This document shows positions 11,003-23,204 of a stretch of DNA of 32,469 bases, in pieces (positions within the stretch are counted from its first letter, which is position 1; every line of letters starts with the position of its first letter). The position numbers were made by a program, and so were the translations under genes. Source of the DNA: Catajapyx aquilonaris (Eukaryota); NCBI GenBank assembly GCA_000934665.2, contig KZ539138.1, positions 1 to 32,469 of the forward strand. Reading direction: 5' to 3'. Below the pieces are notes generated by a model, which searched no databases, was not told the origin of the DNA, and saw nothing but the letters and a program-made list of their open reading frames with translations.

Positions 11003-14000
11003 ATGGCGGACGTCCAGTTGAGCACGAGAGCTTTCTGCAAGCTCATTTTGCACGCAGCCAAATACCCACATTGTTCAGTGAATGGGGTCCTGTTGTCGGA
11101 AAAGGTGAAGGGATCCGATTCGAAAGTGCTGGTCATTGCGGATTGTATTCCGTTATTCCACATCTGCCGGTACTTGACCCCCATGTTGGACGTGGCCTTG
11201 GCGCAGGTGGGTGTTACGTTCTCATTTCGCCATGTGGCAATTCAGGTGGTATTGTGGTGGGACGGCCGCAGGTTTTTTCTAGTTAGGTTTGGTTAGCCTA
11301 ACTAAAGTGTGGTTGTGGTGATGGAAAAGCCTGGCACTAGAATGCTGGATATGAGTAGTGAACAGTCATTTTTGGAGGGTAGCTGTAGTATACATGTTGG
11401 GACCTTTTTGCAAAGTGCCTGGGGCCACAGGCAGGGGTGAGCAGGAGGGGAGGTGCAAAGTGCAAGAGTAGTGTGATATATGGGTCATTTTGTGAGTCCC
11501 CCGGGTGGTTGGTATCAAGGAGTCCCACCTGAGGTAAAGCCAGAGACGACTACTCAACACCACACGAGATGAAAGGTGGGAATGCCCAGGCTTGGGATTG
11601 AACTTGGGACCCTTCCATGTGTGGGCCCGTATATTACTGCAGCACTACTCACTTCCCACCAGGTTACTCATATACAATGCATGAATGTCATAAGCATTAG
11701 TTTGTGTGACAAAAAGGGGGCCAAATAGGGTGGGAGGGGAAAGGTGTTTTTTGTGTGTGCCAGTGAGATGTACTTTTTAATGGGGAGACTCGTCCCGCAT
11801 GACATGTACGATGTCATGGCAGGGGGAATCAAAAACCAAAGCTAGATGATGTCCTCTAATCCCAATTCTTTGCAGTTCTATTGGTCACATAATAATAACT
11901 TTAAAAATATGGCAACATATAATAAAGTGACCATATTTTGAAAGCCAGAAAGCAGGACACCCCCTTCCTGCACCTTCCCTTCACCAAAAGCAAGTTATAC
12001 TGTCTTGGGTTTATCAGTTTATGACTTTACGTTCATAGACATAGTTTATCTTTATGAATTATGTGACATTAATTTTGTTCATTTTCCATATGGTGCTATT
12101 CTATAAAGTAAATTAATAAAATAAAGGAGTGCAACAGGCTTGGAAAGTAATGGAGGAAGAGAGGCTTGCATGTCGCATCACGCACGTCGATTGTGCTCCT
12201 CTTTTGCTTTTGGAATACACTATACAGTGACACATTCTATTGCTTGAACCTCCAAGTACAGGAAAAACAGGACTGTCAGGACATCTAACCGCCAAAAGCG
12301 GGACATTTGAGCGCCCACAGACAAACTATGGGGACAGCAGGACGGGGGCCTAAAAACAGGTCTGTCCTGCCTAAAACAGGACATCCGGTCACATTACATA
12401 TAATTAACATTACTTTTACAGAGATTTACACCTATAATCAACCAGCATTACAGAGTGGTTTAAATGTTATGTACCACACCCAGACATTCAGCAGCATAGA
12501 TTTGATTGTAAAAATGCAAAATGTAATTTACTGAATTTCATTTCAGATTGACCACTACTGCAAGTCAACTGGTTTGTTTATTTCTGGATACTACCAGGCG
12601 AATGAAAATGTCCGGGACACGAGGTATGTCTCCAATAAGCTCTTTGAGGAATTGCCAGTAACAGTTGTACTTTTGCAGTCCTGACTTCGTGGCACTGAAG
12701 ATTGCAGATAAAGTAGCAGAACACTACGGCGATGCCTGTCTAGTGATGGTGAGACATAACTTAATATTCTGAGAGAGTTTCAGTAGTATCTGCGGAGATA
12801 TATTGGATTGGAAAAGGTTCATTTGCTGAAACCAAAGAGGATATTGATGTTACAATGGCAACAAAGTCAATCAGCAATGTCAGTAATAATGAAAGTAACA
12901 ACAGGGATCTGGGTTAGAGGGATCAGCATGTTGTTCACTAAACTTTAACTTGAATGAAATTAGCATGTGCACATTTTTTCCCCCCATTGTAAAATTCTGT
13001 TTGAAACTTGCCCATTTTGGGCAATAAGCATTGCTTTTAATAGTATTAATTAATTTCAATGTGCTCAACATAACTAAAAATTGAGCATCATGTACCATTT
13101 GTGGTAAAATTAATGTAACAAACTGTGGATGGTTCCCAGCACTTTTTGTGGCCATTTCAAGCATGAAAAAATGGCAAATTCACGAGTTTCAAGCTCATGT
13201 TTACACAACTCGAACAGCTATTGAAACACTGAGAGTCACTTTTTCATGTACCGGTAATGTTATTAAGAATAACTTCACAAAAATATTGATGCGAAATTAA
13301 GCAAAATAAGAGCAAAATAAATCCTGGAAGTGATCCTTTGACAGTGCCCCTCTGGCCACAATCCCGCAAAACCACCCACAAAAGAAGCTCAATCTGGATG
13401 ATTGAAGTCACCCACCATGTGGTGGGACAAAATGGGATACAAGATTGGTTGATGAGGAGTCTTTTGGCCACAGTGGCGGAGCCAGGAGGGTGCTAGGGGG
13501 TGCGCAAGCACCCCTTTGAATAACCTCCGCACCCCCTGTCGCACACCTAAAAACGTGTCAAATAAAAGAGCAATTTTTTAAAAAAATGTTCAGTACGCAT
13601 TTTCCGGCCGGCACGTTAATCCAGTATGTATATACAGTACACTACAGGGTAATATACAGGGAGCATATCACATGGTGAGCCCGTAACCACTAACCAGGAA
13701 TGGGCGAATCTGACTCAACAGGCAAACTGCCATCCATCATTACTCGAAAAGGCCATGTTTCAAGCGAACTTTGGCTTTGAGGTACAACAGGCACCGCACC
13801 GCTCCGGTACTGCCCTCTCATCGTGGGATGGTTGGGACGGGTCCACCAGATGCAACAACCGATCTGGAGAAACCGGAAGGAGGGCAGTTGTACAGTACGA
13901 TTTATGAAGCTTGTCAGAACGATCACGGGGTAGGCTATCAAAGGTATAGGTCAGCATTTCTTCACCTAGAAGTGACACTTGACAAATCACGGTACTTCGT

Positions 14001-17000
14001 TCCTGTTCCTAATGGCGCACCTTTGCTGGAATAATAATAATAATGGACACAATAATAAATAACAAAAAATTAAACGACCCCGGGCACTTTTATGGGCGTC
14101 TCTTTGCATTTCTGCCAACAATACAAATCTCCTGGTGTCGGAAACATTTGCATACGTGATTCGTGCGTGCTGAAGACAAGCGCCAGCATGATAGGTTTAC
14201 TTTTTTTGTCTTCAGTGTAATAGTAATATTATGCTGGCGCTATTTGTGACATCTGTCACGAATCATGTATGCAAAATAATGTTTCCGACACCAGGAGATT
14301 AGTATTTGTTGTCCGAAATGCAATAAAGAGACGCCCATAAAAGTACCCGGGGTTGTTTAATTTTTTTGTTATTTATTATTGTGTCCATTTATTATTATTC
14401 CAGCAAAGGTGCGCCATTATAGGAACAGGAACGAAGTTCCGTGATTTGTCAAGTGTCACTTCTAGGCGAAGAAATCCTGACCTATACCTTTCATCAGGAC
14501 TTATACGGTTATACCCCGCGATCGTACTAACAAGCTTCATAAATCGTAGAACTGCCCTCCTTCCGATGCCTGTTTCTCCAGATGTGATGATGCATCTGGT
14601 GGACCCCCCGAAATGTTTGAAATAGCATTAAAAATTACTAATTCCTGATTATATATTTTTTTTGAAAAAGTGCTACCAATTTCATCAAATACACACCCAT
14701 TCAAATTTCCCACATTCACCTAAACTTGTGTGACCTTGAACCCCAAAAAAATTTGCCCCAAATCAAAGCATCTCTTGCTAAAGTTCGAGCCCCTTATCTG
14801 CACCCCTTGATATCTGAGGCTGGCTCCGCCACGGTTTGGCCATCAAGATATGGAGTCCTTATCAAGACAAGCCTACAGAATTGAGCAGGGATAATTGGAG
14901 GCATTTTCAATTGTGTGCTACTAGTTGGCAAAGCACCCAATCTTTCCTGTAATTAGCTGTGGCTATGGTTTGCTTAATTATTTTTAGAAATGTGGAGGTT
15001 TGTGAAAAGCCTCATGGGTGTGTCATGGCAAATTAGCTTGGAACATGGGATTATTCTAATGTAATTATTTTCATCATTATTAATTAATAATAATAATTTA
15101 TGGGTAATGCTTTCATCCCTTCTGGGGTATATAGCATGGACCTTTATTGTATTTTGAGTTGTTCAATACATGGTGCCCATTTAACGAAGCACCCGGGCCC
15201 ACAGGCAGGATGACAGGAGGGGATGTGCAAAGTGCAGTGCAATGTCGTAGCTAGTGTCATTTGTGAACTCCCCCGGGTGGATTAGTCTAAGGAAATTCTA
15301 CCCAAGACGAAGCCAGAGATGGCCCAACTCTGCACGAGATGAAGGGGGGAACCCCGGGCTGGGATTGAACCCGGGACCCTAACATCCGTGGGCGCATACA
15401 TTACCGCGGCGCCACTCCGTCTCCCTTTTCATCATTATTATTCTCTCGTCATGATGATCAAAGCACTTACAGAAATATTAATTGCAGGTTGACAACAGAC
15501 GTGTGTGCCTCGCCATGGGCCAGATGCCCTTGAACGTAATGCAGCATGTAGATGGGAAGTGGGTGTCTCGGGATAAAGGAAGGTATGTCTATACAATTTA
15601 TCATTTTCAGGGAATGCTGAAGGCTGGTAGCTTCATTCCAGTAATCTCTCTTTGGAATGCTGGGCTTATCAAGCAGAGTTTTTCATCATTGCTGTGATTC
15701 GCATTACTGTGGTGGTCTGGAATCTAACCCGCCTATTGAGAAGGTGTGCCTGTAAAGTGAAGCAGATATTCCGAAAAATTACACTTTTATTGCTCAATTG
15801 CATACCTAAAATTTTATTCCTCTCAATTTTGTTGCATTGGGTGTAGCGTGCTTTCCCATGTTTTAAAATTGCCTTTCTTAATATCTATGTGCTCATACAA
15901 ATGAATAGCAATTCACTTCCCTTACATTTAACCCGTCACAATTGTTAAAACAGGTCTGGAAAAATGTGAATTTTGGATGCTAAAGCTGTTGTAGTTGTGT
16001 TACCAATGAATGTGCATTAGTATCACAATTTAAAGAACACTCCCAAGTTTACACTAATAGTGACATGTAGATGGAGAGGAAGGAGTTTATCTTGTTACTA
16101 GGCACCAACTTGCCAAAATTTGGCAAAAAATTTAGCAAAATTGCAAAAGTGGAGAGAGGCGAGACGCGGACCAGGCAGCGACATCTGACGGTGAAATTTG
16201 TTTGTTGGTTGTGCCAAAGCAACTAAGGCTATCTGGCAATCGTGTAGTGGGTTTTTGTTAGTGGGAGGAAATGGGAGAACCCCAAGAAAACCCACGCAAA
16301 CACGGCGAGAGCCCATCGAAACTCTTCCACATAAGTGTCCTCCATCCGACCCGGGGATCGAACTCGGGACCTTATAGGTGGAAGGCTGTGGCGTTAACCA
16401 CTACACCACTGTGTCGCCCCCGACGCTGAAGTGCCGAAGTAAGACGGTGCAGAAGTAAGCAAGTTACCAGCCAGGAGGTGGCGCCCTGCGCCCAGAATGG
16501 CGGAAATGGGAATTCCGTGGAAAGGGTGCTGCGGGTTTTTTTTAAGGCGGTGGGCGTTTTTTGCGTTTTATAAATTCCCTGGTCACTATTTCCAAAAAAC
16601 AACAGTTTATTGCAAATATAGAAAACGCGGGCTAAATTTTGACACCATTCCCAATGCTGTAGGCCTTATGGTGCAGGAGGAGTTGTGGGAACAGTCGTGT
16701 ATTATTAATAATATAGATTTTACAACTGTACATTGTAGAGGATAATGGTTCACATTATGCATAAGAGAGCATCATATCCTGTTACACATTTGCTTTTTGA
16801 TACGAGGTTCAGTTATTCTAGCGAAAAATTCTCTGAAATGATCATTAGTATCTTAACTGGTGGAGGATTTGGTCATTCTTGTCCATGTCATTTGCAAGGC
16901 AAATGAAAATAATGTGGTGCAAATCCAAGTTACCATTGTAATTGCGAATGGGGCACTTGTCCATTTGTTAGATAGCCGTTCCAATCAGACTTGCCTCACT

Positions 17001-17965
17001 TCATCCGACTAGGTTTTACAAGCGCCATGACAAAATGCTGTTAGTAAGGAAGTGCCAATGTTGGCATGTCAACTATTAACTGTGGAATAACAATAGGTTG
17101 CCATGTCATAGGCCTATGACCTATTATAGAGGATAGTGTTTTAAATGCTCACCTTTAGTCAATTGTTGCAATGCTCATGCATTTTGATTGTGGGAGGAAA
17201 TAGCAGATCTCTGAGAAAATCCATGTGAACCTGGAGAGAACTCAAAACTCATTCCACATGAGAAATTCCTCAGCTCAATCTGGAGATCAAACAAGTGACC
17301 TCAGAGGTGGAAGGCTTTTGCGCTAACTGTTACATCACTTAGCTGCCTGTTCCTTTTGCTGTGGAATGGTTCAGAGAGTATACATTTTCTAAGTGATGCG
17401 TCTGCTCTTCCTTGAAGACTGATGTTTTTCCCTCCTCTGGAGAGATGAGAATTAATGCATTATCTCGGGTGATTGCGTATTAAGTGGTAATTGCGTATTA
17501 AATAACTGATTATTGCACCGAAGCAAGTTGGTGTGGTGGTTAAGGAGCCAGACTGCTAATGAGGAGGTCCTGGGTTCGAATCCCGAGGCCGGCGACCCTG
17601 ACCATGGTTTTCTGTGGTTTTCCACGGTCCCCCCCAGGATAATTCTGGGGTTGTTTCCATATAATAAACCACAGCCGCCTCCTTCCTTCCCCATCCAATG
17701 GTGGTACTCCACCCCCCTAATGGAGCGCTGATTCTCCCAATCGGGTATAAATATAAAAAATAAAAAATAAAATAAATAACTGATCATTGCTAATCGATTG
17801 TTTAGCACCCACTTAGAAGATGATTCACAAGCATTGGCTACTGCATCCGTCCTGCTACAGAAGAAGGCATACCGCAATCTCATTGATTTTGACAACCACC
17901 TGGATGACATAACACAAGAGTGGCTGAACACAAGTTTGAACCAAGTTGTTGAGGAGGAACTCTGA
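11003..17965 (+). CDS. EMC8: ER membrane protein complex subunit 8/9 (UPF0172, MPN-like), about 201 aa, 5 exons
   Basis: Exons 11003-11206, 12547-12623, 12679-12748, 15488-15582, 17806-17965 (606 nt). Motifs KLILHAAKYPHCSVNGVLL, DCIPLFH, PMLDVALAQID, GYYQANE and LIDFDNHLDD..EWLN. Confidence 0.95.
11370..11657 (-). mobile_element. Diverged SINE family B copy (EMC8 intron 1)
   Basis: Shares GGAGGTGCAAAGTGCAAG, AGCCAGAGACGAC, CACGAGATGAA and GGGATTGAAC blocks with 2423-2736. Confidence 0.75.
11924..12396. mobile_element. Non-autonomous hAT-like element
   Basis: Ends AAAGTGACC / GGTCACATTA, repeated subterminal CAGGAC motifs, and 8-bp flanking repeat CATATAAT at 11916-11923 and 12397-12404. Confidence 0.65.
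13471..14834. mobile_element. Non-autonomous hAT-type element with a large internal palindrome (EMC8 intron 3)
   Basis: TIRs CAGTGGCGGAGCCAG / CTGGCTCCGCCACGG; perfect 8-bp TSD TTTGGCCA at 13463-13470 and 14835-14842. Confidence 0.85.
13839..14606. repeat. Long inverted repeat, arms about 13839-14193 and 14227-14606
   Basis: For example CTAGAAGTGACACTTGACAAATCACGG pairs with CCGTGATTTGTCAAGTGTCACTTCTAG, and CTCCTGGTGTCGGAAACATT with AATGTTTCCGACACCAGGAG. Confidence 0.95.
15083..15425 (-). mobile_element. Full-length SINE family B
   Basis: A box TGGCGCCGCGG, B box GGTTCAATCC, (TTA)n tail; perfect 15-bp TSD TTTTCATCATTATTA at 15068-15082 and 15426-15440. Confidence 0.9.
16198..16421 (-). mobile_element. 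tRNA-derived SINE family C with V-SINE-like central domain
   Basis: A box TGGTGTAGTGG, B box GAGTTCGATCC, core CTCGCCGTGTTTGCGTGGGTTTTCTTGGG..TTTCCTCCCAC; degenerate TSD GACGGTGAAAT / GACGCTGAAGT. Confidence 0.8.
17185..17347 (-). mobile_element. Degenerate SINE family C copy
   Basis: GTGGGAGGAAAT, AAACTC..TTCCACAT and AGGTGGAAGGCT blocks align with 16260-16420. Confidence 0.65.
17517..17773 (+). mobile_element. Full-length SINE family A with tRNA-Ser(GCT)-like head
   Basis: TGGTTAAGG..GACTGCTAAT..GGGTTCGAATCCC, A-rich tail; TSD AAATAACTGAT(T/C)ATTGC at 17500-17516 and 17774-17790. Confidence 0.9.
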
Positions 17966-19391
17966 TGTGCATTGTTGTTGCATCCCTTTGCAAGTTTTTT
18001 TATACCTTCAACAGACATGTGTGATGTGAGCAAAATAACCAAATAGATGTTGGTAGCTTTACCTTAAGCTCTGTAAATGTACATGAAAGTGTGCAGTCAT
18101 TGATAATGAGATCCATCAAGCCAGTGACAGCCTTCTCTTCTGAATCAGATCTGGTTGCTGCAGTATTTGAAAGTATCATATTGTGGTCTATTTGGATTTA
18201 TTACATATTTTAATTTTTTAACTCTGTGATGAATGTGTATGTGTTTCATAATTTAGCTCACATCTGTATCAGCTGAAATGTCATGTATGCCTGCAAGTCC
18301 CCTTGATGCTTTGAAGGAGGGGAGAGAGAGGGAAGTTGCATAGAGGGAGTGAATGCATTTCTTCTGACTGACTGAAGATGGTTGGGCTCAGCAGAACCAA
18401 CTTGAACCATACTTCAACTGATACCAATGTGAGCTAAGTTATGAATCACATGGTACAGGGAAGTTGTCTCCAAAAATGGGCCATGACCCACCAACTACAG
18501 ACATCTTTGCTCTACAATAGTAATATTACCTGGCATCAACATGTTCGTCACGAGAGCAAAATCAGCAAATCCTAATGACTGCAGCCAGCAATTAGTGCCT
18601 GCCAATTACTGATTTGTCAAATGTAACAAACGCAATTGGCATAGTTAATTGTTCGTTAAGAATCTATCACCTCTAACCCTGTGTACATGCAGTGACTGTT
18701 ATTTCAGGTGCTGCAACCTAGTGTTTTACCAGTGTCAATACCTTTTGCCAGCACAGTTGCCTGTGCAACAGGTGTAATAGGTTATGGGGATGGAAGTTTT
18801 AGCGAAATTATCTTATGCAGTAAAATTGTCAAGTGAGATCTGTGGCACTGACATGGTTGCATGTGCCACAGGTTAACAAGGTTACAGGTATAGGGTATAA
18901 CCACTGATGCATTAAGTAACTGTGGGTTCAACATAAAGCCGAGCATCTCTGTTTTACTTGTGCAAATGTGATTATTGCGCAACAGCTTGGCTAGATTAAG
19001 TTGGGAGTTCTAGCCAAGCAGGTGATTCTATGGCACATAAGTCAAGAGAACTTCCCAGGCTGAGAGTAAGTTGTTCATGTGTTGTGAGAGGATACATAAT
19101 GTGTGATCCATGAAGAGAGACACAATAGTTGCATGTATGAAGTTCCCCAGAGCAGATGATGTTGATGTAATAGTTCAATAACTGTTATGAGCTGGACATC
19201 CAACATGATAATAATAATTGGCAAGAGTATTTCTTTTTGTTTTCTACCCCCTTTTTGGAACATGTCAACATTCATTTAATTCTAATAATGTGGCTATGCA
19301 GCAACATTCCATAGCTAGTGGCATCAACTGCAAGTCATCAGGTGATTACACGAGTGTCGTTCCAAATTGATGTACACTTTATCCCCCCCCC

Positions 19392-19991
19392 ACACACACA
19401 CACACACTCCCCCTGCGGCCTATTAGGTGTGGGGACGTAAAAAAGACAACTTTTCAAAGCTAGTGTAAACTAACCTACCCTACCCTACCCTACCCTATTA
19501 ACCTACTGTACCCTACGTAACCTAGGCTGAGAAAAATGGACTTTTCTAAAACCCTGCAACTGGAAATAGTGGGCACTTGTCCCCACTACTGCAAAATCAA
19601 ACCCACAATTTTCTTATGGGGACCGTAAACGTCCCCGCAAGTGGGAAAATGTCCCCACAGATGAGTGAAAGTCCCCACAGTTACAATAAAAACAACTACT
19701 TCTGGTCCCACAGCTTATTGAAGACAGGTACACCCACACACACCTAGACTTGCGCTCAATAAGCTATGGGGGCATTGAAAACTCAACTTTTCGAAGCTAG
19801 TGTAAACTAACCTAACCTACCCTACCCTATCCTATCCTAACTAACCTAGGCTGAGAGACTTTTGTGAACCCCTGCAAATCGAAATTGTGGGGACATGTCC
19901 CCACTATAACTGTAATGTTCTGGTGTGTGAAGTCACAGTAAAAGCACATACTTCCGTTCTCACAGCTTATTGAGGACAAGAACACACACAC
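19392..19991. repeat. Two tandem copies of a (CCTAA/CCTAC)n-containing element separated and flanked by (CA)n
   Basis: Both copies carry CAACTTTTC(A/G)AAGCTAGTGTAAACTAACCTA, AACCTAGGCTGAGA, GTCCCCACTA and CACAGCTTATTGA. Confidence 0.8.
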
Positions 19992-20428
19992 ATGCAGGGC
20001 CCATGCTGGAGGCACACATTATTGAGATAATCCACTGGTACCACGGGTTTTGCAGGATCTCTTAAGTCCTCCAGGAACCACTTTTTGGTGGTGTGGTTCA
20101 CCCACTCCTGGACAACAATGTCCTCGAAATGACATCGACAAAGGGGTTTTATCATAGATCCGGGTTTGGGTGTGTTCCCTGGCTTGGGTTCCAGTGACTT
20201 CCACCTGTTCGGATCCATGAAAAAGCCCCTTTGCTGACACCATTTCGAGGACGTTGTTGACGAGCAGTTGTTTGGGAGTGGGTGCGCTGCACCACCAAAA
20301 AGTGGTTCCCGGAGGGCTTGGAGATGCTGCCACACCCATGGTGCCAGTGGATTTGGCTGTAGAAGGATTCTATCGATAATGTGTGCTCATCTGCAGACCT
20401 GCATGGGCCCTGTATTTGTGTGTGTGTG
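19985..20428. mobile_element. Mariner-derived fold-back element
   Basis: Inverted ends CAGGGCCCATGC / GCATGGGCCCTG. The plus frame at 20178-20237 reads PGLGSSDFHLFGSMKKPL, resembling the mariner SPDLAPSDFHLF motif, followed by a stop. Confidence 0.65.
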
Positions 20429-20440
20429 TGGGGGGGGGGG

Positions 20441-20450
20441 NNNNNNNNNN
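20441..20450. other. Assembly gap between poly-G runs (single Ns also at 23593 and 25940)
   Basis: N characters in the sequence. Confidence 0.99.
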
Positions 20451-21892
20451 GTGGAGTGGGGGGGGGGGGGTTAAGGTGTAAGTCATTTAGGAATGGCCCT
20501 CGTTGTGTGAGAAACATTTACATTGTGTCAATGCACATAATTATATGCATAAAGTTAATTCCACTAAAGCAATGGAGGTGTATTCTAATACTATGAATGT
20601 GTGATTGATTTACTAAACATGAGAAAGGGGTTGATAAGTCCACTCGTGCCACTGAGTTCATGTTGCAGGTTTTGAGTATCACCAAATTGTATGCTTTTTC
20701 TCATGGCATTTGTCATATTGTCAACACTGAACCACTGCATGTTATCTGCATAAACCCTGTAATGAGGTGCATTTTTTGGGACATTGCCAGATGCACATGA
20801 ATTTTTAAGTGGCAGATGGTTCCATTTTGTTTATTCATCAACATAATTTGCTGAGGATTGATGAAGATGGATGATGAACATTGTAGGTCTGACCATCCAG
20901 TCACCATGAGGAATGAAGCTTCATTGCATCTACTTCTAAGGGGACTTTGTATAACAATTGTAGAGCATATCATATTACGATGCATTAAAAAATCATTATG
21001 CAAAATCCGCGATTTCCATCTGAATTCATACAACCAGCTGTGTTTGTCATTTTCATCATTGAGTTACCCTTAATGTAACACATTTTATGTACAATATTTT
21101 GGAAGGTGATCCTTGGTTCAGCTCAAATGTTCATCCCTGTGAAAGATTTATTGACAAATAGTCATTTATGAGCATATTGGTACAGGATGTTTTAGAAACT
21201 ATTTCAGAAATTAGTTTAAGGGCCCATGATATGGGAAGCTTTTGTTGTTAGGTATACAAAAGAAGAAAGCCCTTATTCATCTATGTAACTATGCCAGATT
21301 AGTAACTTCTACTATCTTATGACCAAGAGTACAACCTCCCTAGGCCCTGTAAACAAGCAGACACATAGTCTGACACTTGAAGCATGTCTTTAAAGAGTGC
21401 CCCCGAAAAATTAAAGAAGTTGTTGCTTTTGAGGCACCAAGTTGCTTTCCAGAATCATTCACTTATTGAATTTCATCAAAATACCAGATTAGTTGTGGAG
21501 AAACAAAGGAGTGAGGGAAAGTACACTACACTTCACAACCAGTGTTCCACATTCTGTTTGATTATCCAAATCAGGTTGGGGTTATGTGTAGCTTATATTC
21601 TCTTCCCCCATTGTTTCCTCCAGATGTGAAGTCAGTTTGTGAAGACTATGGAATGATACTTGAAATATCATCCAACCACCTTTAGTTTTCTATTCAATGT
21701 GTGCTGTGTGGCTAAATCATCGTTGATCTGACAAAAGGACAAATTCAGCGTTTTCATAATTTTACAGGAAAGCCGAAAGAAACCTGCAAACTGCTATACA
21801 AATACATAGGATGGTGTTTTGATTTACCATTCTAACTGAGGGCAGTATATGGTCCTATGTGTTAGCCGTTATGTCAGAATGTGACCCAACAC

Positions 21893-22093
21893 GTGATGAT
21901 GCTGGCAGAGGCCATAATCTAATTTAAGCAAAAATGTCGAATTTGTCAGATTAACGACAAAGAATTGTTTAGGATGAAACTCAGTTGTATGGTGATATTC
22001 AGGAATGTTTTTCAGTTTTTTATGTTGGTGAGATGTTGAATCAAGATATTTGAATACAGAATATTGATGATTATGATGTTAGAAATAACTTAT
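21893..22093 (+). repeat. 201-bp segment repeated at 23594-23794
   Basis: Appears identical from GTGATGATGCTGGCAGAGG to AGAAATAACTTAT; the second copy starts right after the N at 23593. Confidence 0.95.
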
Positions 22094-22425
22094 CCTAGAC
22101 AATACCTTTTAAGACGTGCAACCCTTATGGGACTTCGTAAATCCTTGAAAACCCTAATTCTACCGCAGAGCACTAGGAGGCAGTGTTGTAACGGACCCAA
22201 GTATAACTCGCTGCTCCCTCATGCCTGTTCACTGTCCCCCATCCCTCCTTATCACCACCAAAATTCTTAATCCTCAAAAGGGTTCCCTTCCAAACCCTTT
22301 TGAGGATTAAGCTTGTTGGGAAGTGGGGCATTTTGGCGGTGGTGGTGGGTAGGGTAGGGGTAGGGGTAGGGTAGGGTGGTGGTGGTAGGGTAGACGGGAA
22401 AAATTCAGGATATCTGTACAGTCTA

Positions 22426-23030
22426 CTATCCGTTTATTTAATATAGAGCCCTGTGTTTGACTCTAAACAACTCCCAGGCAAATTATCCAAAAATATTAAG
22501 TTATGTATCGTTCGAAAGCTTGTTTAAATCCACGTTATATATATGCGAGTTGTTTTCCTATCGTCAGTCTCTAATTTTTTATCTTAAAAATAAGGCGGAA
22601 AAGTGTCACTTTTTGACTAGTTGCCAACGTTGCATCGCAAAGTGAATTTTTAATGACACTTTCAGGAGGCCAAAAAATTCCCCTGTGAACCATGGATAGT
22701 GCACATCTTTGTCTATCTAATGATATATTTGAAACATTGAGATCGCCATTTCTGTAATCATAATTAAGTTCATTGCACACGTCTAGCTGTTATCTCTGCT
22801 GTTTATAATCCGAATTACTTGGCGAATGTATCGACGGCAAGCCAGAAATGTGCGTGATAAGATTGCATTGTGCTCTATTACACTAAAATTGTTCAAAGTA
22901 TTGTTTTAAGGACCCAGCCCGCTTTCTGGCGGGAATAGATGGCGATACTTTTAAATGCATGAAAAAATTTGCCTGGGAGTTGTTTAGAGTCAAACTCAAA
23001 CACAGGGCTCTCTAATAAATAAACGGATAG
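22426..23030. mobile_element. MITE with TIRs of about 60 bp nested in the insertion
   Basis: CTATCCGTTTATTTA..AGAGCCCTGTGTTTGA(..)CTCTAAACAACTCCCAGGCAAATT and its reverse complement at about 22967-23030. Confidence 0.85.
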
Positions 23031-23204
23031 CAGGCTACTATGTACTATCCTATCCATCCATTCTTGGGTTTTCCGAACATTTTTGCAGTTTCCCGACATT
23101 TTGTTATTTATCCTTAAATGCCGACTTTTTCAATGTCAGAAATAAATACGAAATCCCGACATTTTCAAGATTTTCTCGACAGCGTGGGAACCCTGCGGTG
23201 ACAA

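Noticed and set aside
16098..16590. GC-rich DNA element hosting the family C SINE
   Set aside because: Looks transposon-derived, but no matching TIR pair or TSD could be defined.
17517..17600. tRNA-Ser(GCT) gene
   Set aside because: Lacks the long variable arm and a proper acceptor stem, and continues into a SINE body with tail and TSD. The same applies to the other tRNA-like heads.
17452..18042. 196-aa minus-strand ORF
   Set aside because: Antisense to the EMC8 last exon plus a SINE; no recognisable protein.
19467..19525. Interstitial (TTAGG)n telomere
   Set aside because: Short, degenerate, and present at the same position in both copies of a dispersed element.
18000..21890. Hidden gene downstream of EMC8
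   Set aside because: Short ORFs show no family motifs or consistent exon chain; best read as 3' UTR, intergenic DNA and repeats.
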